A DNA stretch of 64,000 nt. It comes from Amoebophrya sp. A120. Lineage: Eukaryota; Protista; Dinoflagellata. Shown in pieces: positions 25,076 to 39,012 of this stretch (position 1 is the stretch's first letter; each line of letters begins with the position of its first letter). The position numbers and the translations under genes were made by a program. The notes below the pieces were generated by a model. The model saw only the letters and a program-made list of their open reading frames with translations. It did not search any database and was not told the origin of the DNA. The DNA lies in assembly GCA_905178155.1 (NCBI GenBank), contig CAJINV010000004.1:4201082-4265081 (forward strand), written 5' to 3'.

Positions 25076-27586
25076 ATGCCCAATAAGACCCTTCACTCCG
25101 CGACTTCCCTGTTGCGGCGGCAGGAAAAGCTCTCCAAGCTCGACGTGGACGAAGACGCCGCGGCGCAGGAGCTTGCCAGGGAACTCAATCGCTTGCTGGA
25201 CCAACGCCGCGAACGGGAGGAGACAACAACCCTTCGAAACAGTGACGAAACCGATAATGCAGCAAGACGAGGAACTACCGATGGTAGCACTAGCAGTAGC
25301 ACCTCCGGCGCAAAGCTGGATTATGGCGATGGAACCGAAAAAACGGCCAGTGGTGCTGCAGTTTCATCGTCAAATAGACACGTCGACACACGCACAAGCG
25401 AGGTGGACGACGACACGCGACAAAACGAGGCAAAGGATTATGGGGGCGGACGAGGTCTAGGCGGTCCTCGGGGGGTTCTTGCGAGCTCCACCGTTGATGA
25501 TCCAAGTCTTCTAGCGTCTGGCGACCCGGAATTGATTGCGCTCGAGCGAGTATGGAAATGATGCATTGTAGCATTTCGAATCACTTTATTTTGCAGCAAC
25601 TCAATGTGCAACTTCTTAGCAGATCATCGTATAGCAGCGAACAAGAGTACACTTGTGTATGTTGGGCTTCATGTTGTTGTTGCGCGATCTGCGCCATTAC
25701 GTGTGTATGTAGTGGGAATCTGGGTTATAAAATAGAGTGTGCGTGACGCACCACCGATGCTAGAACATAAGCTTTCTGTGACAGAAAAAGTGACGGGATA
25801 TTTTCGCTCCACGAACCGAATTGCAGTCCCAGATGCAGAAGTTCTGCCCAGCACTTGTCGGTACTAACCTGGACGTTTTTATTTTGGTTTTGTTTTCGGG
25901 CTCCTGCGTCTGTTCTTTACGACCGAAACCGATAATCAAACTGCACAAAGCTTACACTGAAAAAAAAAGAAAAAAACATCTGAATGCACAACCATATTTA
26001 TCAGGCCGCGCCGGTCCAGCTCCAGCAGCCAGTGACACCGAGTTAGACGGAGACAAATCTGGGTCCCAACAAGGCGCAGCATTGTCCTCTGCTTCTCTGT
26101 CAAATTCCGCACAGAAAGACAAGAATCTGCATGGTGTGGACTTCGAGCACGATGAAACCGAGCAGAGTCTGCAGATAAACGTCAACGCTCCGTCAAACAG
26201 TTGGCGCACAACATCGTCTTCACAGGACAAGACCCCTAGTAAGACTCTGCGTGCATCGTTATCGAATACGGCGACCTCCCTCCGGGACAGTACCACCTCG
26301 ATCGGCGGGCTAACAGGCCGAACTCATCAAGACCACCACACTTCCACCGGTGGAATAAAGACCCCCTCCAGTCGAAGCAACAGCCGAGAGCCTGGGTCTG
26401 CGAGAGGGAATATTAAACACCCGCAGCTTTCAGCTCGCGGTGGAAGGGAAGGAGGTGGCGCTGCAATTCCCCAACATTACGGAACGCCCACTTCCAGCAG
26501 CCGGTCTGCAACATCTTCCCGTCGCAAATCTGACCAAGAACTACATCAAGACGCGACCATTGCTGCGTTGTACCGAAACACGCGCAACGTGGAAGACTTG
26601 CTCCGGCAGACCGACACGGCCTTCCAGCAGCTCCCGAAAATCGAAGCGGACGCTGTCGCGCTGGAGGTGGATGAGTTGGCGGGTTTGAATATGCATTGCA
26701 AAAGTATCGTACTCGTACTGATCGCATTCATGCATTACAAATTTCTTTCTTAAGTTAAATCCGCATTACAAATTTCATTTCTCATGCTGTCTGAGGATAT
26801 TAATTTGTCATGCGATTTGGATTTTATACTAGTACGATGCTTTCGCATTTCATATTGAAGTTGGAGATGCAGTTTCTCGAGTCCGCGTTGAACGAAAGGG
26901 ACGGCGGGGGGACAACCACAGCCGAAGAAGAGGAGGAGAAGGCGAATAAAAGGGACGAAGATCATCGTGGTCTAGACAAGCGAGGGGATTCGTCCACCTC
27001 CCAGGGACAGGGTGCAGCAGTACTGGGCGGAGGAGCTTCTACATCAACCACTATAGGAGCTGCCCATAGTTACAACTACGTGGAGGATGCGGCGACGCAG
27101 CTTCTGCAGGACGAACTGGCGTTGCTGGAAAAGGAATGGGCGGTGCTGAAAAAACGCGAGCACGCACTCTGCGCTGTTGCGGAACTCGAACTCCCGTCGA
27201 GTGAATCTCCTGCAGCTGTGAGTGGAGACGTTGATCATGTGAAAAAAGCTGCAAGTAGTGTTGGCGGACGAGATTTTCTGTCGCGGACCTCGAAGGACGA
27301 GGAAGTAGAGTCGACTCATCAACAACAAACTGCCAGCGCGGCACGGGCCACGACACTGCGACGGCAGAATGAAATGCTTAAGGCAAAGTTCGGCATCACC
27401 GGTCTGGTATCAAAGCAGCCGGGAAATTATAGCAGCTCGTCAACATCTACTGATCCTTCCAAGGACGGAGCTGCAGGCGAAGTAGATTTTGCGTCGTCGA
27501 GTGACCACGGGCACCGTATCAGTAGAACTGGTCCCTTACGTCGATTAGACGAGGATTTGGCGCGCTTGGATCGGGTTCTTGAATGA
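25076..27586 (+). CDS. Hypothetical coiled-coil/low-complexity protein; GT-AG introns 25550-25826 and 25861-26004, one introner
   Basis: ORFs 25076, 25821 and 26810 join in frame via a 34-nt exon at 25827-25860 and introner removal. Confidence 0.65.
26690..26854. mobile_element. Introner family A
   Basis: TATGCATTGCAAAAG..CTTTCGCATTTCATA; TSD TTGAA. Confidence 0.9.
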
Positions 27587-28134
27587 GATCAGTGTTGAGC
27601 AATTTCCTGAGACTCCCCTTGTTGTGCGGAAGTACTTCATTCTCGTCTGCACGCAACTTGTATACCATCTGACGTCTTCGTTCCTCTTTGGGGGTTTGGG
27701 GGTGAGAGTGTCAGTCAATGACTAGGAGGCCATGAATGGTGCGCGTGTTCTGGAGCGCTAAAAATGAGAGACGAATTGAGCTGCATGTTGAGCACGCAGT
27801 TAAACCCATACCGAGAATGAGGACAGAGCCAGCAACTTTTAATCAAATGCAGCTCCCGCAAATCGACGAGAATTTGGACTAGCAGAAGCTGAAAAAGCAA
27901 ATTAAGGGCTGTGAGTGTCGAGCGCAGCTCGCAGCAGCTGGTCCGCCGCAAGACTTGAAACGATTATCAGAAATGAAAGTTCGAGAGCCCCATGTCACAC
28001 TACAAAAAATATTCGCATCTGTAGCAAGCATTGCATCGGCCAAACATGAGCTACGGGGGCAGGGACGCGTTTGAAAATACTAAACGCCCTCCACGACACG
28101 CACATGAATTCTGTGCTGTTATGAAAAACAAACT

Positions 28135-30697
28135 ATGACCGAAACGACCGGCAGTGTGACGGAGCTACGGCGAAGCCAGCACTTCCGCTACACGGACCGC
28201 AGTCGCGTGTTGTCCAGCCGAAATCAATCTCCGGAACAAGAGGGTCGTGCAGTGCGAGTTTCACAACGAAAGTCTCGCTTTACGACAAGAATAAGAATAG
28301 CAGCGATGGCGAGTGAGACTGTGGAGATGATGGCGTCGATCCTGCGAGGTGGAACTGAAGATGACGAGCCGATGAAAACGAGGCGGATGAAGAATGACAA
28401 CTTCTCTCATCTCTTTCCAGAGCAGCTGAGGGCGCTTTTCCAAAAACCAGGACAGCTCAGCACTCACTGCAGCGCCCTGACTCCTGGAGATGAGAGTTTT
28501 TGGAAAATTCTAGACCGAAGCTGTAGTTTTAAGACGACGCAAAAGACCTCGCGCGCCAGCAGCACGACCAGCACACCCGGTAAAGCGGCGTCCTTTTTCC
28601 TCGCCATCCTGCTTTTTGTCGAGCTCCTCACGACCCTGCTTCACCAGGCCGCCGCACTGAAAGTAACCGCGAAGGTCGGTCGGAAGGTGTACGACGAGGC
28701 AGCGATGGCGCGGCGGATGCTGGAGGAGCGAGTTCAATTAGTCTACGGCTCCCTGTCCGTGGGCGATCCGCCCCAGAAGTTCACCGTCGCCTTTGACACG
28801 GGGTCGTCGGAGCTGGTGTTACCCTGCTCATCCTGTACAACCGGCAGCTGCATTTCGCACACGCGGTATGATTTACTGCAATCCGCGACCGGCAGCCAGA
28901 TTTTCACCACCAACGTCGCCGGGAAACAGGTAGCAGAAACGGAAACGCGGATTTTCGGCATGCAGGGTGTGGCCAAAGCCAACCCGATGCGGGACAAGAT
29001 CTGTATTGGCAACCCCCCACCGGCAGACGAAACCACCGCCTCCAGCGCCGACGCCGCTGCCCCGTCTTCGCTCTGTCTGCCGGAAGCCGCGCCGTTTCTG
29101 TGCGCCAACTCCTTGTCGGAAAACTTGTTCGGCCAGCTGCCGTACGACGGGGTCCTCGGGCTGGGACTGTCGGGGGCGAAAAAATCCAAGTACGACCTGT
29201 TCCAAGGGTTGATAGACGCCGGCATGCTAAAAACGGACCGGTTTGCGCTGTGGTACAGCGATTTGACGGACGAAGGGGCGGCGAACACGATCACCTTCGG
29301 AGAGCACGACAGAACCAAAATGGCCAGCAAGATGTACTGGGTAAGACAAGTGATTATATTCAGAAAGCTCTTCAACAACTGAGTTTATGATCTTGATGAT
29401 AGCACTTCTTGTTCAACATCACCCACGATCAGAACTCAACTAGGGCACAACTTTCATTCCTTGACATTCCTACGGCTACATCATTTCAAGTATTAAACGC
29501 AGCTTCCCGTTCCCTACCCCGCGACCTCCTGGGCTATGCCGATGACGGATGTGGTGGTGGGCCGCTTCATCACGGCCGTTCCGGCTGCGTCCGCAGACGA
29601 CGGTTCCGCCGATAGTGCCGCCAGCACCGGCGCGCCGGGAGGTGCGGAAGCGGCAGCAGGAGGTACAAGTGCGACCGCGGATGGCGCGAACGCCGACGCC
29701 GAGGACAATTCCGGCAAAAGTTTCATGTCGGAACCGCTGCGGCTGTGCGAAGCGCCGCAGACCTGCAAGGTGGCGTTTGATAGCGCGAGCCCGCTGATCG
29801 TGCTCTCGCAGCTATGCATTGCAAAAGTATCGTACTAGTAGGAATTGCATTACAAATTTCCTCAGCATGAGAAATAAAATTTGTGATGCGGATTTAGCGT
29901 GAAAAAGAAATTTGTAATGCATGAGTGGGATTAATACTACGAGTGCGATACTTTTGCAATGCATAGCAGCCGATCTACGACAAGGTGAAGGAGTCCATCG
30001 CCGTGGGGTTTCCACAACAACCCTATCCTGTGCAAAAGTATCGTACTCGTATTGCAATCATGCATTACAAATCATTCGGTTTTAGGTAAATCCGCATTAC
30101 AAATTTTATCCCTCATGCTGAGGAAATTTTTCGTAAATGCATTTACACGAGTGCGATACTTTTGCAATGCATAAACCCGTGACCGACACGAAACTGGCGG
30201 ACTGCCAGCCGCTGCTGATGAAGATGCCGAAGATCGGGATTCAGCTACGAGGGATAACATTCTTCCTCGATGCCGAGGACTACGTGGACCGCAGCAACGG
30301 GATGTGTGTGTACCGCTTCCAGCCCATGGAGAGCGACGAAAACCTGATTTACCTCGGCGCGCCCTGGTTCGAGAAGTTTTACACGGTGTTCGACCGAAGC
30401 TCCCTAAAAATCGGCCTGGCGCTGAGCAAGCACGTAGGTGTTCGGGGGGCGGAGTACAGTGGAAGCACCGGGGTGCCGGAGGACGCCATTGAGGATTTGG
30501 AGAAAGTTACGACGACAACGAGTACGACGACGGATAGTGGTGGCAGTGTTTCATCAGATGTTGGAGCAAATGCCGCCGCTGACACTACAACCAGTGTGGA
30601 CAGTGCGTCAAGTGGTACTTCTGCTGATGTTGGAACAACAGCAGCTGCTGCGCCAGCAACCTCCGCACAGGCAACCGCCGCGTCGGTGACAAGGTGA
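28135..30697 (+). CDS. Pepsin-like (A1) aspartic protease; GT-AG intron 29341-29502 and 2 introners; start uncertain
   Basis: VAFDTGSSELVLP, YDGVLGLG, VAFDSAS, YLGAPWFEKFYTVFD, hydrophobic signal/anchor segment. Confidence 0.88.
29813..29965. mobile_element. Introner family A
   Basis: TATGCATTGCAAAAG..CTTTTGCAATGCATA; TSD GCAGC. Confidence 0.93.
30024..30173. mobile_element. Introner family A (TATCCTGT end first)
   Basis: TSD AACCC. Confidence 0.92.
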
Positions 30698-31645
30698 GGG
30701 AAATCAGGAAAGGGCTTGCAGCTCCGCAGAAGTAGGGAAGATAGATGCGTTATGTGCATCATGATTTCGTTTCATCTGAACAATGTCCATATCGTGTGAA
30801 AGATGTAGGTCGATGAGTGTTTCGACAGATAGACAGTTTGGGTTTACTTTTTTTCTACAGGAGAATGGCTCTGATTCGTCGAATGATACCTGCTGAGACG
30901 AAATAAACCTGCAACGGTCATATTTACGTCCGTCCAGGACGAGGACGTCGACCAGCTGCACAAAATAACGGAGCGGGTGCGGGTAGTTGTTCTTTATGGA
31001 TGCACAAGCAAAAAGGAATTGCTCATGGATGTAGTTTGCCTTGTCATGATAAGCAGTTGGCTCGGGATGTTGGATAAATCGGTTCTTCTTGTGCCACAAG
31101 TATGAAAAAGGAAAACGGATGAGAGCTGCATAGCTTTTTACACCCAAAATTTCACATGCTGTCGGGTCGTCTTCACCACAAAAAAGCGAAAGTCCAATGC
31201 AATGTTATAAAAGGTTAGTCTGTCGTATGGACCAGTATCTCTTCAATCGTCGGTTTAATCGATCGGTGGGTTTCTAATTCGGTGTTGTCATAATTCAACT
31301 GATGAGGAGGTCGTAGTTTTGTTTCGGGGTGAATGGTGCGCTGGGGTTCATCGTCAAAAGCAAAATGCGCCTACGTCACGTGTTAGAAATGTTGGTGAAG
31401 GGGTAGAACGCGCTTTTATCATACTTATTTGTAACTACTAAACTCAACAGCTGTGTTTTTCTGTTTGCTCTTTAAGCGAGATACAGTGGGAATACTAAAA
31501 GTTGCTACGATAAATTCACTTTTTCATTTCTAATCGGAAATTTGAATTTAGTTGTTGCGGCCCCGTCGCGAGCCGTAGGAGAACGTTTATTTCACGTTGA
31601 AAGTAGTACAGAGGAAGATTCGCAAGGAAAGACATCAGTAGCAAA

Positions 31646-34600
31646 ATGATGTCTGGCGAAATTGCAGCCAGCGTAGCTGCCGGAGCTGCGTTTTTATCGA
31701 AGGAGCAGGAGAATAAAGCCACCGGTGTGATGACCGGCGAAGATCAGGGGACGAGTGCAGCTAACACATCGAGTTTGGCCGCCGAGAACCTGCTGTTCCC
31801 AGTAGAAAATGAAAATGATACTACAGCCACAGCTGGTACCAGCACCACAGCAAAGAAGACGTACGAGTTTTTCGAGCCAACGACCCACGAGCACCAAGAA
31901 AAAGCCACGACCCATGCGTTTTTCTTGTCCAAAAAATCTCCCTCTTCTTCCCCGAACGCAGGCAGCCGCGGCACAAGCAGCTTTGCGCTGCAACCACAGC
32001 CAAGGGCAACAGGAGGAGGGCCTCCTCCAGGGGCGAACAATGCTGCTGTGGGGAACAAGAACATAGCAGGAGCAGCTGGTGTTGAGGGTAGTACGAATCA
32101 ACAGCACACCGCTAATTATACCCAAGAACTACATCAGCAACACTTCCTGAAGAAGCCGCTCCCACCGCTGATCGCCCAGGGCAGTGTGTTGGGCGCCCGT
32201 AGTTCGCGGTACTCCACGCGCGCGGGAGCTGCCTCGTCAAGCGTCGCCGGTGGACAACTTTCAGCGGGAGCAGGTGCAGCAGCTGCCAGTACTATCCCTT
32301 TGGGAGCACCAGCCATTTCAAGCGCTGCGTCTAGCACAGCAGCATCTGCAACATCAAGTAGTGGCTCTGTAGTTGTACTACCAGCGGCTTCCAACAACCT
32401 ACAACCTTCGAACTTTTTCAACAATGCAGCCAAGAGCGCGGGGGCACCATTTCAAAATGCGCCCCAGAACAGTCCTCCATTGCCGCCGTTTGTGATGCCT
32501 GCTTCAGGTGTTGACCAGCTGACGGTCAAAAAAAAGGTCAGTCCGACGACAGCGACCGCTGGTGGTTCCTCCTCTTCAACTTCATCTTTACTCGCCGCGG
32601 GCAATAACACTGTGTTAAACAATAAGCCGATAATTGGAGCAGGTACAACGATGCTGACGTCCTCTGGTGTGCCGCTGCTCTCGATGAGCACTTCTAGAGC
32701 GAAGTCCTCCTCGCCACCAGGTTCAACAACTATTGAAAATCAACATGTACCGGAGCTACTCCCAGGTAACGCACTGCCGAACAATAGTACAAATACAAAC
32801 AAAACCTTCTGCAATTTCGACCCGCTGCACAACGCCGGAACCACCATTGGACAGCACCTGCTGGCCGCACCAGTTGTGGATGAGCTCGAGAACCAGGCGC
32901 TCGAATCGTCTACGCGCGCGGCGGTGCTGCGACAGGCCCAATTGCGGCATTTGCGCGGAACAGCGGAGGTTGGTAGTTCATCATCTTCATCACCCGGAGC
33001 CGCGGGTTCCCCAGGAACTGCAGTGATTATCCCAGGAGGCGGTGGCCTCATCGGAACTGGCGCTCCTACCTCCCTGAACTCCCCCGGGGGAGGACCAGGA
33101 ACGGGCAACTCCACGCCACCGCGACAACTGTCCCCGAAGATTCAGCTGCAATTGCCCGAAATTTACGACGCGGACACCGATCCATTGGCGCAGCAACTGG
33201 ACATGGAGGAGCACATGCGGGAGCTTGCGCAGCAGTTCGGAGGTGGACCGCAGCATTTGGATGTGGTGAATCAATTGCGGAATCTGGACGAAGACAAGGG
33301 GTGGTGGGGCGGAGGTAATGGCGGTTCATCTGGGTTCGACTCCTCGGACAGCGATGACGATCGGTGGGATGAAGAAAAGTGGAACGATATCCTAAGAAAA
33401 AATGTCCCCACCCCAGAGTTGTCATGCAAATGCGCAATGAGAGCAACATTTGTAATGCGGATCTGCATGAGAGGCATTTGCATTTCGAATCGTGTTTCGG
33501 ACTTTGTAATGCTGTAAAACGAGATGAGAAGCTGGCTTTCTCATGCGGCTGCCCTTGCTAATAAACAGCACGACAATACAGATGGGAACTTGTCATGCAA
33601 AACTCCCATAAGGTGGAGATTTGTGTTGCAGATTGATCAACTTGACTACGGGGTGGGGACGTTTTTCCTCAGGATAAACGACCAGGCAGCGTTGATGATG
33701 GCCGCCGCAGGTGCGCAGAACAATAACAAACCAGCAAACGCCGTTGAGTTCAACGCAGCGCAACACTTATTTACCGAGGAGCCGAATGAGGAAGAAATTG
33801 GCGAATCCTCCAGTTCCTCCTATAGCTCCCCGACTGGCGATACATTAGCAGCCGAAAAACCGATTTTTGCCGCGAATGACATGGACGAGCAGGATGTTGA
33901 TGTTGAAGTAGTCGCCGGCCAAGAAGGGCAGAATTCGATAAACGCGGAGCTGGAGCATTTTCTGGCCAGTACGACGCAACAAGACTTCAGCATGTTGTAC
34001 CACCAGCAACAAGGGAACAACATGAAGCGAACAAATACGGACTTTGATGATCATCTTCATATCGGAAACAAAAATAACAAGCCGCCCCCGGGACTGGGAA
34101 ATAGTGATGATGATAGCGAAGACAGTGATGACAGCAACGGCAGCAACGAGGAGATACTAAACCAAGAAGGGCAACAAAATTACAGTCCACCGGGGCTTGG
34201 ATCTACTTCGGGAGCAGCATCTTCATCCTTAATAGTGGAACAGGGAGAGCAGGGACACGAACAGACCTCCACCGCGTCGACACATCAACGGTCCCGACTT
34301 TTGAACAACAGTCGCAATTTGATCAAAATTCGAGGTACATCTTCCCCGTCGTCGTTAGAGCAGAGCAGCAGTGGCAAAATTACCAGCGAACAAAGCCATG
34401 GCGAGGCTGACGAAAAGCTCCAGTTTACCTTCACTGCCGCGATGGGGGCCAGCAATAGCGACTTGAGGGCAGTACCTGGTAATGCAGAGGAACTTCTGCC
34501 ACAGCGGCTCCGTCTGTTTGCCGCTGGTGCGCCTAGTACCTCTTCTAGTTCATCATCTACAGCGAGAAAAAAATCCTCGTCCCCGACGGGGCAAATAGAA

Positions 34601-37126
34601 GATGCCGAAAACAACAACAACAGCGACGAGGAAGATTTTGATGCGGATGGTTCGCTCAGCCTGAAGCACAGTCAGAAAGTGGTGCATATGGCGTTCTCAA
34701 ATGTTACATTTTCAACTGTTGCATGAATTTCTAATGCAAAGACGGCAAATCTGAAAGGGGGAAGATTGCGCCTTTTGCATTACAGATTTGGCACGCCGTT
34801 AGATGCTGCTTAGCCCTTCGGAGATTTGCCATGCGAAGCACCTTAATCGCGGCGATCTTCGTGGTAAATTTTCATGACAAATCGTGTAACGGTTGAGAGT
34901 GTAACGTTGGAGAGTCCCATAGGGCAAACTCTGAAGCGGCGCCGCATTCCAGACCACATCGACACCGATGACGCCGGGGCAGGAGCGGTAGAAGATGCTC
35001 CTGCGGGAAATAACCATCGAAGCGTGTTTCATTTTCGGGACCGGGGTATCCGAGGGAAGTGTTATGGTTTCTTCTTCACGATCACGATTCAACATCTTCG
35101 TTTTTATTGAAACAACAACATCGTGAATTTTGCATCGATTCTGGCACTGGTTATAGTCCACATGCCCGCATGCGCATGGAGAAAGGCAAAGCAACAAGGT
35201 ACGTTGCGCTTTCTAGAGTTGTAGCAAAAGGTAGGAACAACTCTATGGTGTTATTCGTGATCGTCGTGGCGAAGATTTTTCCGCACGATACAAAAGAGTA
35301 GTGAAAAGCAGGCGGCTTTACTCGCTGGCAGTATCACGTCCTCCCCAAGTGGCGCAGGAGGAGCAGGCGCTTTTGGCAGCCGCTTAAAGCTGGTATTGAA
35401 CACAAAAACTACGAGTAGAATAGACACACACTGAAGAGAAATGTAGTAAAAGCTCGTTCCATGTCAAAGTGGGGGACAAAAATTTGTCATGCGTTTTGAC
35501 TACGCCAAACCCAAACCTAAACGAAATCCACAGGGCCACCACGTCCGCAACCCGATCTCTGGAGGGATGATGGACGGGAATACGCTATCTTTTTGGCGAA
35601 ACCCGGAGAACGCGTTCCGGGGGCCCATGCTCGCCTCGTCCTCTCCTACGGGCGCCGCACAGAATGGAGGCGGCGGCGGAAGTCCGACCTCCTTTTACGA
35701 TCATCCCGCTGCGTTTGACTCACCGATGTCTTGCAGAACAACCTGTATCAAAGAAACTTTTGCTACTTCAATAGGAATTCGGGCTCTTTGTCTCTCTTCT
35801 TCAGCCTACATTTTTAAGTTTTGGCTTTTTGGTGACACTTTTGTTGTATCCTGAAATATCCAACAACTTCTAACAGCGGAACAGGAAGTTTCCGTCCGGG
35901 AGGCTACGTCGGCGGGCAAACCTGGGAGCAGGGACCTTATGATCTAGAACTAGTGTTTAACGCAGCTTAGCAGATCGATGTGGCCGCGACAAGAGACTTA
36001 AGCTTAATAGTACCTTTGGACGCAGCATGCGACAAGAGGACTACTTTCCTACTGGAACTGGTTGAGTTCTTGTTGACTAGCCAGGATCACCACGAGCATA
36101 TGCAAATGCATATGCATTTTTCATTCTTTTGTCGCGGTAACTACACCAGAAGAAGGAATCTGTCGTGCACACGACCTAACCCTAAGCTGCCTCTTCTTCC
36201 CTGCCATACTTCCTCTGCGCCGAATCCGGAATAACGATGTGCTGGACTACATATCAAATGCAAATATGTCTGGGTCTGAAAAGGTTCGAATTTGTGATGC
36301 TACCTCCTTCCTTCGGATGCTAACAAAATCTGTATTGGATGAATAGCAAAACCAGTCCACTTTTGGCTGCACGGCGAGGGCATTTCTCATGCAGGACAGG
36401 CATGAAGAAGGCCACGCAAGTCCTGTGAAGATGCTAGGGCATACATCACAAGCGTCGCGGGCTATTCAGAATGTGCATGACAAACCTTGCATGTTTCCAG
36501 ACCCAGACACTTTTGCAATCCATACAACATGAGCGGTGTCAAGTTTGACGAGCTACCGGACATCCACTCCTACCGGGCATGGGCGCGCATGCAAGAAGAA
36601 AAAGGAAAGAGGTACAACTAGTAGAACTGTGGATCTTCATGAGTGACAGATGAATAGCGCAAGTGGATGAGCTACTAGTTGTGCCTAGAAGTAGCATAAC
36701 CATTAGCTGTGGATTCTACGAAAGAAAGTAGAAGTCCATGAGATGAATATCATGGGAAATTATAAACAAGTAAAGCATGACCATGTGTTGGTATAACATG
36801 ATCAAAACCTCCAGGGGCGCGAGCAACTACGCTGACGGAAGCTTTTCGCGAGGCCTGGAGGATTTTTTTGCGAATGGTCCGGGAAAGGAGCTTATGAATT
36901 GCAAAAGTATCGTACTCGTATGAATGCATTACAGTTCCCTCAGCATGAAAAATGAAATTTGTACTGCGGGTTTACCTGAAGAAAAAAATTTGTAATGCAT
37001 GACTGCAATTAGTACGAGGCGAGCGCGATACTTTTGCACAGAATAGAGCTGCTGGCACGAGATCTCGTGGAGACCGGACTGTCCCCAGACATCACAAACG
37101 AGCTGCTGCGCCTCCTGCCAAACTAA
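31646..37126 (+). CDS. Large low-complexity hypothetical protein; at least 5 introners plus GT-AG introns; structure at 35745-36210 uncertain
   Basis: ORFs 31646, 33524 and 34874 join in frame after introner removal; last exon ends ..ELLRLLPN TAA 37124-37126. Confidence 0.55.
33388..33676. mobile_element. Introner family B, opposite orientation to 6486-6767
   Basis: TATCCTAAGAAAAAATGTCCCCACCCC / GGGGTGGGGACGTTTTTCCTCAGGATA; TSD AACGA. Confidence 0.93.
34687..34921. mobile_element. Introner family D, opposite orientation to 125-380
   Basis: TATGGCGTTCTCAAATGTTACA / TGTAACGTTGGAGAGTCCCATA; TSD GTGCA/GGGCA. Confidence 0.85.
35047..35290. mobile_element. Old introner (family J) with decayed TSD
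   Basis: TATC..ACGATCACGA / TCGTGATCGT..GATA; flanks CGGGG/CAAAA; removing element plus 5 nt restores the open frame SSEKQAALLAG.. Confidence 0.6.
36252..36524. mobile_element. Introner family F
   Basis: TATCAAATGCAAATATGTCTGGGTCTG / CAGACCCAGACACTTTTGCAATCCATA; TSD CTACA/CAACA. Confidence 0.88.
36893..37045. mobile_element. Introner family A
   Basis: TATGAATTGCAAAAG..TTTTGCACAGAATA; TSD GAGCT. Confidence 0.92.
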
Positions 37127-39012
37127 TTCGTGGTGTTGGAAAAGGTTTAAATATAAATCAAATAATGAATACTCAAAAATATTAGCGAACGGAGCTCTAT
37201 ATTTAACTAAGGCGTCGTCTCCACGGCTTCGTTCGGTGCGTCATCGCGGTTCCGTACGTTCTCCTACTTCTTCGTGGGGAAAAAAAGGTGCGGTTGACGC
37301 TGCATAAATCGCTGTTGTAAGACCACCTACCTGCTTCCCTTTGATGTACTTTGACTTTTTTGTAGATTTTTATGCAGCTCCATCTACGTCAGCGATGAAA
37401 TAGCGAAACTTTCATCGATCAATGACAATGTGCATTCCTCGTGGTGCATATCAATCAACTGGTGCGGTGTAAGTTGATTTTCCCACGGAAAAAAGTATCT
37501 AAATCCACCGATTGTTGATAAACGAAATTTATAGAAATTGATGGCACAACCGCGAAACACGAACGGCTTGACGACGTTCAAGTAGTCTTCTTTTGAAAAT
37601 CCTCAACAAATGAGCCACCTTTTTTCTCTTTCATTGTGACAGACGACATTGCCGTTTTTGACTTTTTCTCCATTTTACTTTTTTCGTTTTTCAACACTTT
37701 TCAACAGAAGTCTATCTAGAAGAAGTCGAGACAATGTTTAATTCATTTTTTCTCTTTCTGCTTCTGCACCTGCAGGAGCTGGCAACGTGCATATAGACGT
37801 CAAAAGGCATGAGAGGACGCGGCGGTTGTATAATAGCCGCCGCGTTCTTTCAGGAGTGATGTCACACACGTTGTCGTGTGTGTGGCTCGCCACTATTTAT
37901 TATGCGATGTTGGGACGAAACATCAAGTTCAAGATCAACTGCAGGTCGCTTTTTGCATAGCAATCGGGAATCAAAAATGCGGCATTCCGTACGCACCATG
38001 TATCAACAGCATGATTTTTGTATAGTTTTCTTTGATACGCCAATGTTTCGGAATGCGGCGTAGCTGTGCATAGCTGCGATTAGCTGGTAAGGTCGTGTAT
38101 AATTTTAGAAATAAGAACAATGGTTGCGCTTTGTTGGCTCGATGGAATCATCATGCGTGATGCATCTAGTTGTTTCCTTTTCTCACGAGGTGTACGATTT
38201 TTTACGGACCAAACAAATGTACCTATTTTGTGATTTTTTCGGAAAATGATCTGTCTTGTCTATCGACCACTCGGACTATTTGGTGGTCTTTTTAGTAGTA
38301 TTCTTTGTCTATTTCCACACGTTAGTTCATTTCAGTTCTAAACAACTAACTCTTGTTTCGCCACTCGCTTGTACTCAAAATTTGTTGAAGAGGCACTTCT
38401 TCTTGAAAATGAAAAAAAAAATTCACATCACGGCGGGCCGTGCCCCACTTCTTTGGAGGGACTATCGCTTCGTTCTTGTGTTCTTCGCCATTGTACTTAA
38501 TTCCGCCATTGTTGCAAAGCAGGTCTTTCTCTTTACGACGTTTACTCCTATTGCTATTTATTAAACGCGTTGGCCTCGTCGTGTTTCTGTTTTTGTCTTT
38601 GTGGTACCCAGCGCGGTGTCCCTGGTGCTCTGTGGATGTCGTTGAAGTTCCTCGGCTGGACACACAGTCCAGTTCGTCTGTGTAGCAGGATTAAATCGGA
38701 AGATGGACATACACATAATTACTACATACTCTTTGTCGACGGCAACGTCATCAAGAAGGGCCAGAAACGAGGGTAGTGGTACTAGTTTTGTCACATCTTC
38801 AGGATCCAAAAGTACAGAAGACGAAGACCCGTCATTCAGCCAAAAAAAGATGAAGATCTTTGTGCTGTCAAATTTCGAGTTCGACTACAGGGATCATCAG
38901 GCAAAGCTTACATCCTGTTCTTCGTACTTACAGTGCTGTAATTACACAACGGTCAACGTCTGTTCCAGGAATGTCTGCATCGCGGCCTTTTGCACGGCCG
39001 ACCACAAGGACT

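Noticed and set aside
35938-36210. A further introner starting TATGATCTAG after GACCT
   Set aside because: No clear TIR and two possible right ends; not resolvable by eye.
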